64,000 bases of DNA from Williopsis jadinii. Its lineage: Eukaryota. Position 1 is the stretch's first letter, and every line of letters begins with the position of its first letter. The notes beneath the pieces are model-generated. The model was not told the origin of the DNA and did not search any database. It was given only the letters and a program-made list of their open reading frames with translations. Positions 54,246 through 64,000 of this stretch are shown here, in pieces. Made by a program: the position numbers and the translations under genes. The DNA is taken from assembly GCA_024346625.1 (NCBI GenBank), contig AP024664.1, forward strand, positions 4,030,001 through 4,094,000, in the 5' to 3' direction.

Positions 54246-55510
54246 TACACGCACCTCAAACTCTAAATGCGGTACAAACTCGAATTAACCGTTCGCCCGC
54301 TGTGCGCAGTGGTTGAAGGGTTTTAAGCGCTGTGTTGCTATCGAATTGTTATACAATTGCAGGGCAAATTATGTGACGTTGTGGGTGGCGTAAATTGCGA
54401 GGACGGAGTTCTAGGAAAGTCGTAGTGCGATTGACAAGTGTTTCCTTACAGGATCGGCTCCAATCTACCAAGATCGATGGATCTGGAAGCTTGGTATTGT
54501 GTATGTGTGTGCAGCAATGAAGCAGTGTTGGAGTATTCAACACTATAGGTTTGTATACGCTTTCCGTGTATTGATAACGGGTGTCGTATCCCTTTGCGCA
54601 ATGGTCCTATTGGAGATATAGGAATGGTCTTCCACTTCTCCGGTTTGAAATCGTTTAAAGGTTTTACGGTAGACTTTTTTAATGCCTAAACAGCGGTGTT
54701 TTCCAGGTTTGGTCGGTACGCCAACCTCGCAAATTCCGAATTGGGAAAAAATAGCCTACCGTGAGCTGCTTTCTCCGGCGTGCTCGTGTGGTTGCCCTTT
54801 GCGACAATTTTCTTCTCTCTAAAATAGCTGGTAGTTTTTCCGATGGCTTTGACACAAAACGGTAGAGGCCTGTGGCACGGTATAATGTGTGGATGGCTTA
54901 CAAGATGGTTATAGTAATTTGTTCAGCTTTATCTAATTAATCTTTGGAGATAGAGAGTCGAATCACTTTTTGGCAAAGGTGCAAACGGATCTTTCATCCC
55001 GAGCCATGATTCAAAAGGTCAGCATGGACTATTTTACTTCTGACGAGTCATCGACTCATATTGTATATGACTTTTGCTGCCTATTGTTCATTTGTAAGGG
55101 AACAATCGCGTGGGGGTTGGGTGATTTTGTTCCAAAGCGGGAATTTTTGAGTTTCAAAAACGCAACTCTGCGAGGAAACCCGTGGGGGTAATCCATCTCG
55201 AGGGCTAACTACTCGCCATCACTAAGTTGCTAAGCAGTGAATACCAACCATTGGTGACCACGGAATCCAAGACGTCGTCTCGACCGGCATGATATGATTT
55301 GACAGACTCACTCCTGCTTCTAGGGACATCCCCTTGTTCTCTGTTTCTCATCTGTAGTTAGTAGTTGGTACTTGCACAACAGGAAAATGGTGCCACCCCA
55401 CGCAAAAAAGAAAAGAGTTCTATAATCGGTAAACACCAAAAGAAAGAAATCCCGTGGGGGCAACGAGCTTAGGAAACGGGGCGCAAGGGATGTTACCCTA
55501 CCGTGGAGAT

Positions 55511-55520
55511 GTCACGTGAC
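55511..55520. promoter_or_regulatory. Cbf1/bHLH palindrome upstream of U5 snRNA
   Basis: GTCACGTGAC about 100 bp before the U5 5' end. Confidence 0.6.
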
Positions 55521-55623
55521 GGCACCGCGAATTCGTTTTACAAACACCTCACAAACGAAAACAGAAAAAACTTTCAGTCGTGATCTTTCTTCCTCCATCC
55601 ACCTTTTCCTTTTCTCTTTTCCT

Positions 55624-55816
55624 CACCAACCAGGAGATCAATATCAAATTTTTTAGAAGAACCTCTGGTTCTTCTTTTCTGAAATTCATAACGTACATGG
55701 TTCTTGCCTTTTACCAGAACCATCCGGGTATTGTCTTCACTTCAAATGGTTGTGTCCATTGGCATTTTTTGGAAACCTTTTTCTGTTTTGATAGGGAACT
55801 CTGTCCTTCTCATAAC
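55624..55816 (+). ncRNA. SNR7: U5 spliceosomal snRNA (short form ends near 55778; long form includes a 3' stem-loop to about 55816); ends approximate
   Basis: ATGGTTCTT-GCCTTTTAC-CAGAACCATCCGGG with invariant loop 1 at 55706-55714; CAACCA/TGGTTG basal stem; Sm site ATTTTTTGG 55764-55772; next to SKG6/TOS2 as in S. cerevisiae. Confidence 0.95.
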
Positions 55817-55820
55817 CTTT

Positions 55821-55861
55821 TTTTAAAATTTTCTCCATGAGTGCATGGATTCATTTTAAAA
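55821..55861 (+). other. Rnt1 (RNase III)-type AGNN tetraloop hairpin downstream of U5
   Basis: TCCATG-AGTG-CATGGA (55834-55849) with lower stem TTTTAAAAT/ATTTTAAAA. Confidence 0.75.
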
Positions 55862-56726
55862 ATGTGGATTTTCGCTTGTGATGGCGGAGTTTTGCGGGAA
55901 TGCTTGCGTTAAAATGTCGTTACTCAGGGCTCAGAACCTTCCTTTGGGCATTACATACTGTGTGTATCTTGCGCACCGTAGCGCTGTCGTAAAGTGATAC
56001 TCCTCTTTTAGCCATGTGTCATGGTGTATTGACGTGACCTTGATAGCGGTGGTGGATTTGCTTATAGCTGAATGGTTTAAATCAGCACAAAGTTGGTAGT
56101 ACACAGTGCGGTGAGCACTTCCTCATTATATAGACCTCATGGCGAAGATGTCTCATAGATATCTAATACAAAGGGAGTAAACGTGCAGTGTCCACCACTA
56201 CGGATTACCTTGGGGGAAGCCCCAGTCTGGGGGGGCAACGTAGTTACTGTATCAAAAACAGTCAAAACTTCTCCAGAAAAATCATGAATTGCGTAGTATG
56301 AGTTCCAACAGTATTATAGATGCACTCTATAATGAGCTTTTCTGACAATATTGAGCAGTACATTTTCAGAAATAAAAAAGCTCTACACAATCGAAAAATG
56401 AAGCGACACTAGCATTTATTCATGGTAAATCAGTTATCAAGACTCGACAATCAATTAACAAGACTCCAATACCAACTGCAATTATCGAACGACTCAACTA
56501 TACAGTTAAAGGTATTTCCCACACTCATCAGACGGGTAATGGATAGTAATGTGTATAGAAACACCCGGACACCGCACTCCTGGCCCGCGCTATCTTCGCT
56601 CTTTTCCGCCACATTCCAGTCTCTTGCGCCCGCGTTTGTGGGCCTAGCCTAGTCCCGCCCTAGTCCCAGTCTAGAACGTTGCCCATTGAGCCACTTTTTA
56701 GTTCCACCTTTGTTTACCCAATGCGG

Positions 56727-56794
56727 AAACACACACGAAAACACACACGAAAACTCACACGAAAACTCACACGAAAACACGTACACACGCGCGT
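56727..56794 (+). repeat. 12-bp tandem repeat x4 carrying SCB elements (CACGAAA), plus MCB-like ACGCGCGT
   Basis: CACGAAA at 56734, 56746, 56758, 56770; ACGCGCGT 56787-56794; upstream of SKG6. Confidence 0.85.
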
Positions 56795-57353
56795 AGAAGA
56801 CGCCGGGCCCCCAACCGCTTGGGCACTACAACCACCACTGGCAACTGTGTCAGACATCCTTGTTGCCGCAACTCAACTCACAAACCAGCGATTCACTTTA
56901 GACCACCCAGTCTCAACTTGCAACCCAGTCTCTACACGATTGGCGGGATGTACCGCCACCGCATCTGAAACCTCGCCTAGTCCACCGGTGCCCTCCCTAC
57001 AACCAACGGCCTTTTAAGATTAAGCTTCCATCCCCGTACATAAAGGAGCAGACACAGAGGTATTAAATATAAACATTAAGCACATCGAAACCTTTTTCGC
57101 TCCCTCTCTGCCTTGCCGCCGTAAACTTGTTGATGTCCCGCTGCCCCTAAAACGTATAAACTGCGCTCATCGTAAAAACGTATACCGACAAAAAGCAAAA
57201 AAAGTCCCTCCTCGAAGATTCCCCGAGACGGAAAGTTTTTTTTAGTCTAATTATCATACGCGTTTGTTAATCATCGACACATCATCCGTTCTTTCTATCA
57301 CAGCCAGTGAAGACAGAGAAGTGGTGTACATTGCCGCTACAGACGCTCGAACC

Positions 57354-59534
57354 ATGGCTGCTCCAATGACATCTTACGCCTCGGCGGCTCCATCAACATC
57401 GTGGGCCTCACCATCAACCACTTCCTACGTGAACATATACGTCCGAGAGACGTCGTCGGCCGGCTCCTCGAGCTCTTCGCATTCTCGTTCATCATCGTCA
57501 ACCTCGTCGAAGTGCACAGATGCCCAGTACTGCCAGACTGGTACCAACATGACAGGCATGACCATTGGGCTGGCGGTTGGTATACCGGTTGGAGTGTTTC
57601 TGCTGATCATCGCAGCGTTGATCTTTAGAGCGTATCGGAAGAATAAGAAGGAGACCAAGGAGGAGATTGATAATGATCCGGACTTCTATGGCGACTCCAC
57701 GGCGCTGCCTGACTATCCAACGTCCAAGGCGTTCTATAACGGCGAAGACTCCCGTTCTTTGTATTCGTCCAGCCTTCAGCAGAACAACCCATTTGCCGAG
57801 TCCGCTAGGTACCCGTCAGGGGCATTCTCAAGCAGAACAGCAGGTGCCGGTGGACAGCAGCAGGGCTCTCTGTATAACTATGGCAATGGCCCTCAGTCCT
57901 CAGGAGCCATCTACGATGCCTTTTCACTGCCATATGAGCAAAACCTGGGCTCAAAGCATTCGCTGGATGAGTTTTCAAGACATATGGGCTCAGAGTACCA
58001 AGCGTACCAGCTGGCTCAGACGACTTCAAGATCGACTTCGAGACCACACTCGCCTTATATGACGCCGAACTCAAGCTCGTGGGACATTGCCGGGGGTCGT
58101 AATACGTCGAGAAACCTGATGATTGAAAAGACCAACTCTGATGAGCCTACGACGACTTCACATTCTTCCAGATCATTCCCAGAGAACAAGCACGTTTCAC
58201 CAGCGAGAGGTTACGATGTTGATGAACATCCAGTCGAGGATGGCGATGTGAAGGGCAGAAGACGAACTCTCCACGAGGATGAACACCCTCTTGAGCCCCA
58301 GGGGCTCCACGACCCAAAGAAGTCCCGAGACTTTGATCACGATAAGAGACGGAGCGACTTGTCATTTGTTGAGAACGAGCCTGAACGGTTGAACCATAAA
58401 GTGGTTGCGTTTAACGAGCCAGTGAAGGAAGAAGGCGTAGAGGAGGAAGAGGATGAGGATATCAAGAGAATGAAGAGTGTTTACAGGGTGTATTTTGATA
58501 GGGAGAATTCGATGAAGAGTACAAAGAGTGCTAAATCTACAACAGTTGAGGAAGACGAAGATAGAGTACCACCATTGCCAGATATTAATGTTCAAGGCTT
58601 GAATCAGGATGAACATGGTGTTCCACCACAAGCTGAGAGTAGCGACGAGGATGATTTCCACTTTGACCAGGCTGAAGCTGGCTCTAAGAATAACGATACT
58701 CTAGGAGTCTCTACACAGAAGCCTCCAAGAGCAGTTTCATCGATTTACTCAACTGTTCCCTTGCAGTTTGGTCAAGATCAACAGCGTTATCCGCAAGCCC
58801 CAGAACAGTCCTACCAGCAGCATCCTCACCAAGACTATGCTCAGCATCAACAAGACTATGCTCAGTATCCTCAACAGTATCCTCACCAAGACTACCAGCA
58901 GTATCCTCAACAAGACTACCAGCAGCATCCTCAGCATCCTCAGCACTTCCAATCATCACCTCAGCATATTTACCAACCTCACAGACTCCCATACCAACAA
59001 CAACAACATTCGTCGTCATCATCTTCGTTGCAAGAGCCTTTGGATAAGATCCCAAATCCAAGTCGCATAGACTATAACTCGATTGTCTCGGATACCCAAT
59101 ACGCTCCAACGAAATCGTTAACAGGTGGTACTCGTCCACCAAAGTTGGCTGTAAAGCCTTTCAACCCATTGCATTACTCTGATCAGATCTTTTCACCAAC
59201 GTCACCTTCGTCACCTTATTCTCCCCAATTCCAGCAACCTCAACCGTCATCAGCCTCTACAAACGACCAATCAATACCTTCACCTCATCATATAAGACAG
59301 AGTATCGTGATGGTGAATCCTGTGGAGATTGGTAAGCAAAAGCTATACAGACCTGCTGGATCGTTCCAACAACAGATGAACAGTGCCAACAGCTCGAGAG
59401 CTGCAAGCTTGACATCGCAAAGCTATGCACCACCACCACCTGCAAACGTCACCTCTACTGATTTACCACGGTCAGGTTCACAGGCTGACTTGCGGAAACA
59501 ACTAGGTTCGAGTGAGAATTACCACTTCAACTGA
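57354..59534 (+). CDS. SKG6: Skg6/Tos2-family single-pass polarity protein
   Basis: First ATG 57354; TM IGLAVGIPVGVFLLIIAALIF; IKRMKSVYRVYFDR; PSPHHIRQSIVM; convergent with IMP3 as SKG6 is in S. cerevisiae. Confidence 0.8.
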   Translation: MAAPMTSYASAAPSTSWASPSTTSYVNIYVRETSSAGSSSSSHSRSSSSTSSKCTDAQYCQTGTNMTGMTIGLAVGIPVGVFLLIIAALIFRAYRKNKKETKEEIDNDPDFYGDSTALPDYPTSKAFYNGEDSRSLYSSSLQQNNPFAESARYPSGAFSSRTAGAGGQQQGSLYNYGNGPQSSGAIYDAFSLPYEQNLGSKHSLDEFSRHMGSEYQAYQLAQTTSRSTSRPHSPYMTPNSSSWDIAGGRNTSRNLMIEKTNSDEPTTTSHSSRSFPENKHVSPARGYDVDEHPVEDGDVKGRRRTLHEDEHPLEPQGLHDPKKSRDFDHDKRRSDLSFVENEPERLNHKVVAFNEPVKEEGVEEEEDEDIKRMKSVYRVYFDRENSMKSTKSAKSTTVEEDEDRVPPLPDINVQGLNQDEHGVPPQAESSDEDDFHFDQAEAGSKNNDTLGVSTQKPPRAVSSIYSTVPLQFGQDQQRYPQAPEQSYQQHPHQDYAQHQQDYAQYPQQYPHQDYQQYPQQDYQQHPQHPQHFQSSPQHIYQPHRLPYQQQQHSSSSSSLQEPLDKIPNPSRIDYNSIVSDTQYAPTKSLTGGTRPPKLAVKPFNPLHYSDQIFSPTSPSSPYSPQFQQPQPSSASTNDQSIPSPHHIRQSIVMVNPVEIGKQKLYRPAGSFQQQMNSANSSRAASLTSQSYAPPPPANVTSTDLPRSGSQADLRKQLGSSENYHFN
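58808..58945 (+). repeat. Imperfect Q/Y/P/H/D coding repeat (QDY[A/Q]Q[H/Y]P) in SKG6
   Basis: Recurrent caagactatgctcag / caagactaccagcag units. Confidence 0.8.
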
Positions 59535-59631
59535 ATATAGGACTCTATTTCTATGTTATTACCATCTTATCTACAGTCACCACGAGAAGCTAAATATTAT
59601 ACTATAAGCATTCAAAAGATAGAAGCGTAAA

Positions 59632-60183
59632 TCATGCCAGGTCAAAGTCATCAATCTTGTTTCTGTACTTGAGAACATTCTGCTTGATCTTACTCGTGTC
59701 GACCCAGGTTAGATAATCCTCCATGCTTCTGGAAACGAGATAAGCAGGGTCAGTTATTACGTTTGGACCTACTCTGACGTGTCCTTGTTCCACAAACGTC
59801 ACGGCATCTTTCATGTTTTGACTCATCCTCAAACGACACATCACAACCCCAATTCTACGACGGCATATCGCACTCACTGTGACCTTGTTCTCCAGGTCCG
59901 AGATCTTGGACTTTGTAGAGAGAATACCCATGCTGTACAGCTTCTCCAGTAGCAGCTGCTCATGCTTGATACGGACAGGGTCATTCGGCTGTAGTAGAGA
60001 TAGCTTGTGAGCCAATTTCCGGATATCACCACAGATCTTGTTGTACTTGTGATAATCCTCACGGTTCTGTATATGGTACGTTCTCATCACCTGCGCATCT
60101 CTATGGCCTTGGTCTTGTTTCCAGTCCAGGAAGTCCACTTTCTTCAGGAGCTTCTGCTCATGATGCTTCAACTTTCTAACCAT
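59632..60183 (-). CDS. IMP3: U3 snoRNP / SSU processome protein
   Basis: [22 protein letters not shown]...[11 protein letters not shown] (S4 domain), 183 aa. Confidence 0.97.
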   Translation of the reverse strand: MVRKLKHHEQKLLKKVDFLDWKQDQGHRDAQVMRTYHIQNREDYHKYNKICGDIRKLAHKLSLLQPNDPVRIKHEQLLLEKLYSMGILSTKSKISDLENKVTVSAICRRRIGVVMCRLRMSQNMKDAVTFVEQGHVRVGPNVITDPAYLVSRSMEDYLTWVDTSKIKQNVLKYRNKIDDFDLA

Positions 60184-60262
60184 CGTTCACGTCTGTTTGC
60201 CCCTGTATATACTGACCCAACTGCTTACAAAGATCTAAGCGTATTAGTGAGGAAGAAGTACT

Positions 60263-60314
60263 AAAAAAAATTTCCCGATGAGCTCCCGGGGGTGAAATCC
60301 GAGGGTGAAAAATT
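60263..60314. promoter_or_regulatory. PAC and RRPE ribosome-biogenesis elements
   Basis: CGATGAG 60276-60282; TGAAAAATT 60306-60314; AAAAAAAATTT at 60263. Confidence 0.7.
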
Positions 60315-60453
60315 ATCGACTTCCGACCGCTTCCCTCCCGTTCTCCTCCGTCAACAAAAAACTTCTTCTTCGAGGGCACCGAAGGACGGGACACAGTTCA
60401 CTTACAGAGCATCTTGGATAGTTTTGCCGGTGTTTTGACAAGTGGAGGACGAT

Positions 60454-61110
60454 ATGATGCTTTTGAGATCAGTGGGCAGCAAGAGACTCTTTTCGTCGAG
60501 CTCGCAGAGGTGCTCGAACATTGGTATGAAGGCCATTCTTGTGCCACAGGAGGTGTCCATTGAGATTCAGCCTCTGAAGCAGAGCATTATAAAGAGAAAA
60601 GGTAGATCCTTGCTCACGTTGTCACAGCAGGCCAAGGTCAAGGGTCCTAAGGGTGAATTGGCGCTGGAGTTGCCGGATTTTGTCGTCTGTGAAAGAGACC
60701 ATGATAAGCTGACCGTTTCCGTCAAGGACTCCGAGAACAGACAACAGAGAGCTCTGTGGGGGACGATGAGATCTCTGATCAACAACCACGTCATCGGTGT
60801 CACCGACGGCCACCTGTCGATCTTGAAACTTGTCGGTACTGGTTACAGGGCCCAAGTTGAACAGAAGGACGGTAAGCCGTTCATCTCTGTCAAAGTCGGT
60901 GCCTCGATCCAACAAGGCCTCTTCATCCCAGAGAACCTGACCGTGACGTCACCAGCACCAACGAGAATCATCGTGGAAGGTGTTGATAAGCAGCAGGTGA
61001 AGCTCTTCGCTGCCAGACTTCGTGAGTTCCACCCTCCAGAGCCTTACAAGGGTAAAGGTATCTACGTGGACGACGAAACCATCGCTTTGAAGGCCAAGAA
61101 GATCAAGTGA
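60454..61110 (+). CDS. MRPL6: Mitochondrial ribosomal protein uL6m
   Basis: First ATG 60454; [26 protein letters not shown]. Confidence 0.95.
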   Translation: MMLLRSVGSKRLFSSSSQRCSNIGMKAILVPQEVSIEIQPLKQSIIKRKGRSLLTLSQQAKVKGPKGELALELPDFVVCERDHDKLTVSVKDSENRQQRALWGTMRSLINNHVIGVTDGHLSILKLVGTGYRAQVEQKDGKPFISVKVGASIQQGLFIPENLTVTSPAPTRIIVEGVDKQQVKLFAARLREFHPPEPYKGKGIYVDDETIALKAKKIK

Positions 61111-61386
61111 TGGGCCAACAGCTAAATAGATCCTATATCAGTAGTTCAAAGCTCAAAAAGATGTACATAGTATGGAAGAACACACCATTGTATCGGTTAA
61201 ACTAAAGTGCCATTTTGGTGCCATGTTGGAGACACGGGACAGACACGGGACAAACATCCAGACACCAAAATGTCCGAGTAATTTTTTTCCTTCCCTCCAA
61301 CGGACGCCCAATGAAAATGTCCCAATGCCACTTTGTCTGTATACAGAAGACTTAGTTGAAGAGACAAACCACCTCCCTCGCACACA

Positions 61387-62199
61387 ATGAACCCTCTTCT
61401 CTTTAGCTCCCGGGTCCTCTCGCTAGGCTGTCGTCAGTTCCCGAAGTTTGTGCGTACCGGAGCCTCATTGACGGCTCCTTCCACGGTGACGTCTGAGGCT
61501 GTCGCTGATTCACCAGAGCACTCACAGGCGAAAGCTGTTGAGAGAAGAAGATTACCGTTGAGAACCGGGCTGTTAGCTCTGAAACGTGGCATGGGCCCAT
61601 GGTTTGACCAGAAGACCGGAGAGACTTTCCCAGTTACCGTGCTGGAAGTCAACCAAGTTGAAGTTATCTACAACAAGACAAGAGAGGTTGAAGGGTACTG
61701 CGCTGTGCAGGTTGGCTACGGTGCAAAGAACCCAAAGCGTGTCTCTAGACAGCTCCTTGGACACTTCGAGAAGGCCCAGGTCAATCCAAAGGTGAAGGTT
61801 GCCGAGTTCATGGTGAAGTCTGAAGAAGGGCTGGTACCTGTGGGCACTGAATTGAAGGCGAGCCATTTCGAGGTTGGCCAATATGTTGACTTGAAAGGTG
61901 TATCAAAGGGTAAAGGCTTCGCCGGTGTCATCAAACGTTACGGCATGAAGGGTCAGCCAGCGTCGCACGGTACATCGCTGACACACAGATCAGGTGGTTC
62001 ATACGGTGCTAACACCTCGCCAGGTCGTGTCTTGCCAGGACAGAGAATGCCAGGAAGAATGGGTGGTAAGAGCTCTACAAAGCAAAACTCGCTTGTTGTT
62101 GATGTTGATGCTGAGAACGGTATCATCTTGGTGAAGGGACACGTTCCAGGACCAAAGAACTCATTCGTCAGAGTAACAGATGCCATCAAGAAACTATGA
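61387..62199 (+). CDS. MRPL9: Mitochondrial ribosomal protein uL3m
   Basis: [47 protein letters not shown]. Confidence 0.95.
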   Translation: MNPLLFSSRVLSLGCRQFPKFVRTGASLTAPSTVTSEAVADSPEHSQAKAVERRRLPLRTGLLALKRGMGPWFDQKTGETFPVTVLEVNQVEVIYNKTREVEGYCAVQVGYGAKNPKRVSRQLLGHFEKAQVNPKVKVAEFMVKSEEGLVPVGTELKASHFEVGQYVDLKGVSKGKGFAGVIKRYGMKGQPASHGTSLTHRSGGSYGANTSPGRVLPGQRMPGRMGGKSSTKQNSLVVDVDAENGIILVKGHVPGPKNSFVRVTDAIKKL

Positions 62200-62308
62200 G
62201 TTACAGCTATATATAGTTGCCCGTTATTATAATCATGTAAATACAAAGCTTTCTCTTTAAACCATTTATTTATCAAGAAAAACACACATACACAGGCATG
62301 GGATATGA

Positions 62309-64000
62309 TCAATCGTCATCTAATTCAGATGGCTTCAACAAACCACCAACCTTAGAGGCTCTTTCCCTCTCAAGTCTTTGCTTCTCCAAGAGTGCGTTCT
62401 CGCGATCTTCTGCAAACAGGTAGTCGGTTTCATCACCACCGTATTCTTTGATCTGAACGAGGAAATCACGCAAGGTGCCTTTGAACTTGGAGCCATCACG
62501 GTGTTGTGCAATTAGAACCGTTACAAAGTTTTCCACTTGAGCAGTCTTCAGGTGTGGGAAGGCATTGGACAGCATGTTTGAGATGTACTCCTTGACAAAT
62601 GCGGAATTGGAAACACCGGCTGGTGCTTGTCCTTCTCTATACAATGGTTCCTTGATGTATCCACTTTCAACGAGATCGATCAACTTTGCCAGTAACTGAG
62701 CTTGGAATTTGAATCCTGCTTTATGGTCGGAGTCGGTAATAACATAGAACGTATCAGCCATGATTGGGAAGTAGAAATTTTGATAGAAGGCAGTAGTGAA
62801 AGGCGTTGATCCAAGCTTCTCAACGTTCTTGAGCAGCTCAATGGCTAAACCCAACCCACTGTTTTCAACTTCAGTGTTGTTGTGCTTGAAGGACCACAGA
62901 ATAGCATTGACAAGAAGTTGGAATGCATCACCTGAAAGTTGTAACAAGGAGTTGAACGACTTCAAATTGATCTCTCTCAAAAACTTGTAAAACTCAACTC
63001 TATGCTCTGGATATTCGGTGAAGTCCTTGTTAATCATATCCAACGTTGGCTCAAAGACGTTTTGTAACATAACGACAACGGCTCCAGGGATCATATGACC
63101 AACTTTAGAAACAACGGTGGTCAAACAGTTCAAAACTTCAGCGTCACGCGCATCAGGAACGTTACTCTTGTAATCCTCCAAAATTGCAGCCAAGAGAGGT
63201 TGTATTAAAGTATCCACAATCTGCTGGAGATTTTCACCCTTGGAGATATAAGCTTCAACGAGGTGCAAAACCTCCTTCTTTATAGTACGTAATCCACGAA
63301 CCTTTGGTGTCTTTGTAGCGATCAAACCATCCTGTGCAACAGCATTAGAGATCATGTTAGAAACAGCCTTGTACAAGGACAGCATGTCGTCATAGACAGT
63401 TCCCAGTTGGTTGTAGAATCCTGCGCCCAGGGAGGAGCAAACGGCAACGTTAGTCTTAATCACGTTGGCAATGATCTTCACTGTTTCCGGGTTTGTCAAC
63501 AGCGTAGGATCTTCACCAGCCTTTTGCACAATGGCAGTCCATGCAGTATTTGGAAGGTGCATTAAATCTGAAAGGAGACGTTCTCTAATAGCAACAGTGG
63601 TCTGTGCACCGATGATGTAACCACAGGCTTCATAGAAAGTATGGACTTGTTGCGGCTGTAAATCTTCAGTGATGAATTGGATGTTTCTAATGATCTCATC
63701 GATGAATGGTTCAGTCTCGTTAGGTTGTTGAACCACAAAATGACGGCGACACTTTAAAACAATCTTCATGAAAGTATCACATGCCATATCTTGGACACCT
63801 TCATGGGTTTCGTGCATAAACTCAAACAACTTGTTGATAACTGTCTTCAAGAATTTCCAATGAGCTTTGAGGAATCTTGGATATTGACCAACAATGTACA
63901 TAATATTCGAAGCGACAACGGCTTTGTTATCCTTACCATACTTCTTTTTGTTGAGCCCAAGTAAATCGTTAATGACGTTAAACAAGAATCTCTTCTCCAT
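62309..64000 (-). CDS. CRM1: Exportin-1, 3' part; 5' end outside window
   Basis: [62 protein letters not shown]. Confidence 0.97.
   Translation of the reverse strand: MEKRFLFNVINDLLGLNKKKYGKDNKAVVASNIMYIVGQYPRFLKAHWKFLKTVINKLFEFMHETHEGVQDMACDTFMKIVLKCRRHFVVQQPNETEPFIDEIIRNIQFITEDLQPQQVHTFYEACGYIIGAQTTVAIRERLLSDLMHLPNTAWTAIVQKAGEDPTLLTNPETVKIIANVIKTNVAVCSSLGAGFYNQLGTVYDDMLSLYKAVSNMISNAVAQDGLIATKTPKVRGLRTIKKEVLHLVEAYISKGENLQQIVDTLIQPLLAAILEDYKSNVPDARDAEVLNCLTTVVSKVGHMIPGAVVVMLQNVFEPTLDMINKDFTEYPEHRVEFYKFLREINLKSFNSLLQLSGDAFQLLVNAILWSFKHNNTEVENSGLGLAIELLKNVEKLGSTPFTTAFYQNFYFPIMADTFYVITDSDHKAGFKFQAQLLAKLIDLVESGYIKEPLYREGQAPAGVSNSAFVKEYISNMLSNAFPHLKTAQVENFVTVLIAQHRDGSKFKGTLRDFLVQIKEYGGDETDYLFAEDRENALLEKQRLERERASKVGGLLKPSELDDD

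Noticed and set aside
55511..55520. GTCACGTGAC as CDEI of a point centromere
   Set aside because: No highly AT-rich CDEII or CDEIII follows; better explained as a U5 promoter element
55580..55840. 86-aa ORF
   Set aside because: Overlaps the U5 snRNA gene
56184..56260. Hairpin TGCAGT/ACTGTA with ACTACG/CGTAGT as an H/ACA snoRNA
   Set aside because: No second hairpin with an ACA box and no identifiable rRNA guide
60204..60230. GGTCAGTATAT upstream of IMP3, resembling the RPL30 donor
   Set aside because: No branch point between it and the ATG; likely coincidence

Overview
Eukaryotic window from a budding yeast (Saccharomycotina, standard code), most likely Cyberlindnera jadinii (Candida utilis) or a close relative. 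The identification rests on the uricase C-terminus ...YPSPHPNGLIKCTVVRKEKTKL, recalled from memory and not searched. I find about 29 protein-coding genes: UOX (partial), NAT2, a CxxC-repeat GPI protein, RPL24, RPL30, DUR31, CYC3, a PPR protein, a thioesterase, VPS13, FMT1, MCH1-like, a PCI-like protein, a MED3 candidate, CWH41, SCW11, GDT1, OTU2, a Myb/SANT-like orphan, YLF2, a second adhesin, a mitochondrial orphan, a YGR210C-like GTPase, JEN1, SKG6, IMP3, MRPL6, MRPL9 and CRM1 (partial). Nine spliceosomal introns missed by the ORF track were reconstructed by hand. RNA genes are tRNA-Asn(GTT), tRNA-Gln(TTG) and U5 snRNA with a downstream Rnt1-type hairpin. The most interesting signals are: (1) a highly structured DUR31 intron that keeps the alternative-donor layout of a TPP-riboswitch intron but lacks a canonical aptamer; (2) a GPI protein with 12 tandem CxxC repeats at the position where S. 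cerevisiae has AGA2, a candidate multivalent agglutinin anchor; (3) a Rap1-site triad of about 45 bp repeated at three promoters; (4) a Harbinger-like Myb/SANT orphan between OTU2 and YLF2; (5) the conserved L30 kink-turn autoregulatory element; (6) promoter micro-repeats that multiply transcription-factor sites. Gene names come from motif recognition and recalled S. cerevisiae synteny; no searches were run.
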